Positions 38,701-42,297 of a stretch of DNA of 42,297 nt are shown here, piece by piece (the stretch's first letter is position 1; each line of letters starts with the position of its first letter). The notes under the pieces are model-generated. The model made no database searches. It was not told where the DNA came from and saw only the letters and a list, made by a program, of their open reading frames with translations. This DNA comes from Utricularia gibba. Its lineage: Eukaryota > Plantae > Magnoliophyta. The translations under genes and the position numbers were made by a program. The stretch is taken from assembly GCA_002189035.1 (NCBI GenBank), contig NEEC01000240.1:1-42297 (forward strand), written 5' to 3'.

Positions 38701-41700
38701 CGAAAATCGTGATGCATTTATTGAAGTTAGGATGTCATGAGCACCCCAAATGGTTTTCCATCCACACTTTTTATTTGAGGAGGCGCTCTCGAGGGGCACC
38801 AGGATCGGCCGGAGGTCGGGTCGGGTCGGGCCCATAGTCATTTGTAGCCCGGCAAAAAAAGTGATCCATTTATTAACGTTGGGTTTTCGGCAGCTGCCTA
38901 CATTGTTTCTGAAGGAAAAGCTTGTCGTTTTTGGGTGGGTGCTTTCGTTGGGAAGTTCATCCGGACCCAAGGTTCGGTTCGACTCCTGAGCCCAATCGGT
39001 CCTATTCGACGAAAATCGTGATGCATTTATTGAAGTTAGGATGTCATGAGCACCCCAAATGGTTTTCTCAACCACAACTTTTATTTGAGGAGGCGCTCTC
39101 GAGGGGCACTAGGATCGGCCGGAGGTCGGGTCGGGCTCGGGCCCATAGTCATTTGTAGCCCGGAAAAAAAGTGATCCATTTATTAACGTTGGGTTTTCGG
39201 CAGCTGCCTACATGTTTCTGAAGGAAAAGCTTGTCGTTTTTGGTGGGTGCTTTCGTTGGGAAGTTCATCCGACCAAGGTTCGTTCGACTCCTGAGCCCAA
39301 TCGGGTCCTATTCGACGAAAATCGTGATGCATTTATTGAAGTTAGGATGTCATGAGCACCCCAAATGGTTTTCTCATCCACAAGCTTTATATTTGAGGAG
39401 GCGCTCTCGAGGGGCACCAGGATCGGGCCGGAGGTCGGGTCGGGCTCGGCCCATAGTCATTTGTAGCCCGGAAAAAAAGTGATCCATTTATTAACGTTGG
39501 GTTTTCGGCAGCTGCCTACATTGTTTCTGAAGGAAAAGCTTGTCGTTTTTGGGTGGGTGCTTTCGTTGGGAAGTTCATCCGGACCCAAGGTTCGGTTCGA
39601 CTCCTGAGCCAATCGGGTCCTATTCGACGAAAATCGTGATGCATTTATTGAAGTTAGGATGTCATGAGCACCCAAATGGTTTTCTCATCCACAAGCTTTA
39701 TATTTGAGGAGGCGCTCTCGAGGGGCACCAGGATCGGGCCGGAGGTCGGTCGGGTCGGGCCCATAGTCATTTGTAGCCCGGAAAAAAAGTGATCCATTTA
39801 TTAACGTTGGGTTTTCGGCAGCTGCCTACATTGTTTCTGAAGGAAAAGCTTGTCGTTTTTGGTGGGTGCTTTCGTTGGGAAGTTCATCCGACCCAAGGTT
39901 CGTTCGACTCTAGCCCAATCGGTCCTATTCGACGAAAATCGTGATGCATTTATTGAAGTTAGGATGTCATGAGCACCCCAAATGGTTTTCCCACAAGCTT
40001 TTTATTTGAGGAGGCGCTCTCGAGGGGCACCAGGATCGGCCGGAGGTCGGTCGGTCGGGCCCATAGTCATTTGTAGCCCGGAAAAAAAGTGATCCATTTA
40101 TTAACGTTGGGTTTTCGGCAGCTGCCTACATTGTTTCTGAAGGAAAAGCTTGTCGTTTTTGGGTGGGTGCTTTCGTTGGGAAGTTCATCCGGACCCAAGG
40201 TTCGTTCGACTCCTGAGCCCATCGGGTCCTATTCGACGAAAATCGTGATGCATTTATTGAAGTTAGGATGTCATGAGCACCCAAATGGTTTTCTCATCCA
40301 CAAGCTTTATATTTGAGGAGGCGCTCTCGAGGGGCACCAGGATCGGGCCGGAGGTCGGGTCGGGCTCGGGCCCATAGTCATTTGTAGCCCGGGAAAAAAA
40401 GTGATCCATTTATTAACGTTGGGTTTTCGGCAGCTGCTACATTGTTTCTGAAGGAAAAGCTTGTCGTTTTTGGGGGTGCTTTTGGGAAGTTCATCCGGAC
40501 CCAAGGTTCGGTTCGACTCCTGAGCCCAATCGGGTCCTATTCACGAAAATCGTGATGCATTTATTGAAGTTAGGATGTCATGAGCACCCAAATGGTTTTC
40601 TCAACCACAAGCTTTTTATTTGAGGAGGCGCTCTCGAGGGGCACCAGGATCGGCCGGAGTCGGTCGGGCTCGGGCCATAGTCATTTGTAGCCCGGCAAAA
40701 AAAAGTGATCCATTTATTAACGTTGGGTTTTCGGCAGCTGCTACATGTTTCTGAAGGAAAGCTTGTCGTTTTTGGTGGGTGCTTTCGTTGGGAAGTTCAT
40801 CCGGACCCAAGGTTCGTTCGACTCCTGAGCCCATCGGGTCCTATTCGACGAAAATCGTGATGCATTTATTGAAGTTAGGATGTCATGAGCACCCCAAATG
40901 GTTTTCTCATCCAAAGCTTTATATTTGAGGAGGCGCTCTCGAGGGCACCAGGATCGGGCCGGAGGTCGGGTCGGGCTCGGCCCATAGTCATTTGTAGCCG
41001 GAAAAAAAGTGATCCATTTATTAACGTTGGGTTTTCGGCAGCTGCCTACATTGTTTCTGAAGGAAAAGCTTGTCGTTTTTGGGTGGGTGCTTTCGTTGGG
41101 AAGTTCATCCGGACCCAAGGTTCGGTTCGACTCCTGAGCCCAATCGGGTCCTATTCGACGAAAATCGTGATGCATTTATTGAAGTTAGGATGTCATGAGC
41201 ACCCAAATGGTTTTCTCATCCACAAGCTTTATATTTGAGGAGGCGCTCTCGAGGGGCACCAGGATCGGGCCGGAGGTCGGTCGTCGGGCCCATAGTCATT
41301 TGTAGCCCGGCAAAAAAAGTGATCCATTTATTAACGTTGGGTTTTCGGCAGCTGCCTACATTGTTTCTGAAGGAAAGCTTGTCGTTTTTGGTGGGTGCTT
41401 TCGTTGGGAAGTTCATCCGGACCCAAGGTTCGGTTCGACTCCTGAGCCCAATCGGTCCTATTCGACGAAAATCGTGATGCATTTATTGAAGTTAGGATGT
41501 CATGAGCACCCCAAATGGTTTTCTCCCACAAGCTTTTTATTTGAGGAGGCGCTCTCGGGGCACTAGGATCGGCCGGAGGTCGGTCGAATCGGGCCCATAG
41601 TCATTTGTAGCCCGGCAAAAAAAGTGATCCATTTATTAACGTTGGGTTTTCGGCAGCTGCCTACATTGTTTCTGAAGGAAAAGCTTGTCGTTTTTGGGTG

Positions 41701-42297
41701 GGTGCTTTCGTTGGAAGTTCATCCGGACCCAAGGTTCTGTTCGACTCCTGAGCCATCGGGTCCTATTCGACGAAAATCGTGATGCATTTATTGAAGTTAG
41801 GATGTCATGAGCACCCCAAATGGTTTTCTCATCCACAAGCTTTATATTTGAGGAGGCGCTCTCGAGGGGCACCAGGATCGGGCCGGAGGTCGGTCGGGCT
41901 CGGGCCCATAGTCATTTGTAGCCGGGAAAAAAAGTGATCCATTTATTAACGTTGGGTTTTCGGCAGCTGCCTACATGTTTCTGAAGGAAAAGCTTGTCGT
42001 TTTGGGGGTGCTTTCGTTGGGAAGTTCATCCGGACCCAAGGTTCGGTTCGACTCCTGGCCCAATCGGGTCCTATTCAACGAAAATCGTGATGCATTTATT
42101 GAAGTTAGGATGTCATGAGCACCCAAATGGTTTTCTCATCCACAACTTTATATTTGAGGAGGCGCTCTCGAGGGCACTAGGATCGGGCCGGAGGTCGGGT
42201 CGGGCTCGGGCCCATAGTCATTTGTAGCCCGGCAAAAAAAGTGATCCATTTATTAACGTTGGGTTTTCGGCAGCTGCTACATTGTTTCTGAAGGAAA
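32742..42297 (+). repeat. Array domain 3: mosaic of A, B-like and blended monomers with an isolated C pair
   Basis: B-like tails reappear (e.g. about 34170, 35140, 36060, 38520, 41580). C heads occur only at 36414 and 36727. Confidence 0.65.

Larger units (their letters stand above)
1..42297 (+). repeat. Satellite DNA array of ~315-bp monomers, head-to-tail, 137 complete copies plus partial copies at both ends
   Basis: The unit GTGATCCATTTATTAACGTTGGG...CATAGTCATTTGTAGCCCGG(C/G)AAAAAAA recurs continuously. Starts at 45, 351, 660, 960, 1270 ... 41624, 41934, 42241. Mean spacing 42196/137 = 308 bp. All copies share one orientation and the array runs off both ends of the window. Confidence 0.99.

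Noticed and set aside
57-42227. Hundreds of 60-246 aa ORFs (e.g. 5264-6004, 24623-25228, 30617-31201) with recurring peptides such as MIHLLTLGFRQL and KIVMHLLKLGCHEHPKWF
   Set aside because: They are translations of the same repeat. Longer ORFs arise when indels join frames. They use alternative starts and show no recognisable domain.
1-42297. CRISPR array
   Set aside because: There are no unique spacers between repeats, the unit is 315 bp, and no cas genes are present.
1-42297. 5S rDNA or other RNA-gene tandem array
   Set aside because: There is no 5S coding sequence or internal control region, only a short chance resemblance (CACTAGGATC). There is no complete tRNA cloverleaf or snRNA motif.
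1-42297. Assignment to known ~313-314-bp plant satellites or to 155-156-bp grass centromeric repeats
   Set aside because: Only the length is similar. I cannot match the sequence from memory, so a database search is required.
1-42297. Telomeric repeats, transposon ends or orientation switches
   Set aside because: I saw no TTTAGGG/TTAGGG runs, terminal inverted repeats, LTR-like sequence or inverted monomers anywhere in the window.

Overview
The whole 42,297-bp window is one uninterrupted, head-to-tail satellite DNA array in a single orientation. I found no genes, transposon insertions, inversions or unique spacers. Counting GTGATCC after each A-tract by eye gives 138 monomer starts (first 45, last 42241), i.e. 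137 complete monomers averaging 308 bp. Full-length copies are 315 bp (8043-8357, 36727-37041), about 50% GC. The 315-bp monomer is itself an old, diverged dimer of 158-bp and 157-bp subunits. Younger sequence variants (tails A and B, heads Y, X and C) form spatial domains with apparent higher-order repeats: A/B mixing with a BABAA pentamer (about 1.55 kb) at about 6.2-14.2 kb, an abrupt switch to a C-variant domain at about 18.85 kb containing a CCY trimer, and a mosaic domain after about 32.7 kb. Most monomers carry a tRNA-type B box (GGTTCGACTCC) inside nested inverted repeats, and tail A carries a G-quadruplex-like tract that tail B lacks. All listed ORFs are by-products of the repeat. Many 1-nt deletions fall exactly on polymorphic sites, which suggests the sequence is a blurred long-read consensus, so fine variant order needs read-level confirmation. 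I cannot name the satellite family or host. A eukaryotic heterochromatic (centromeric or subtelomeric) origin is an inference.
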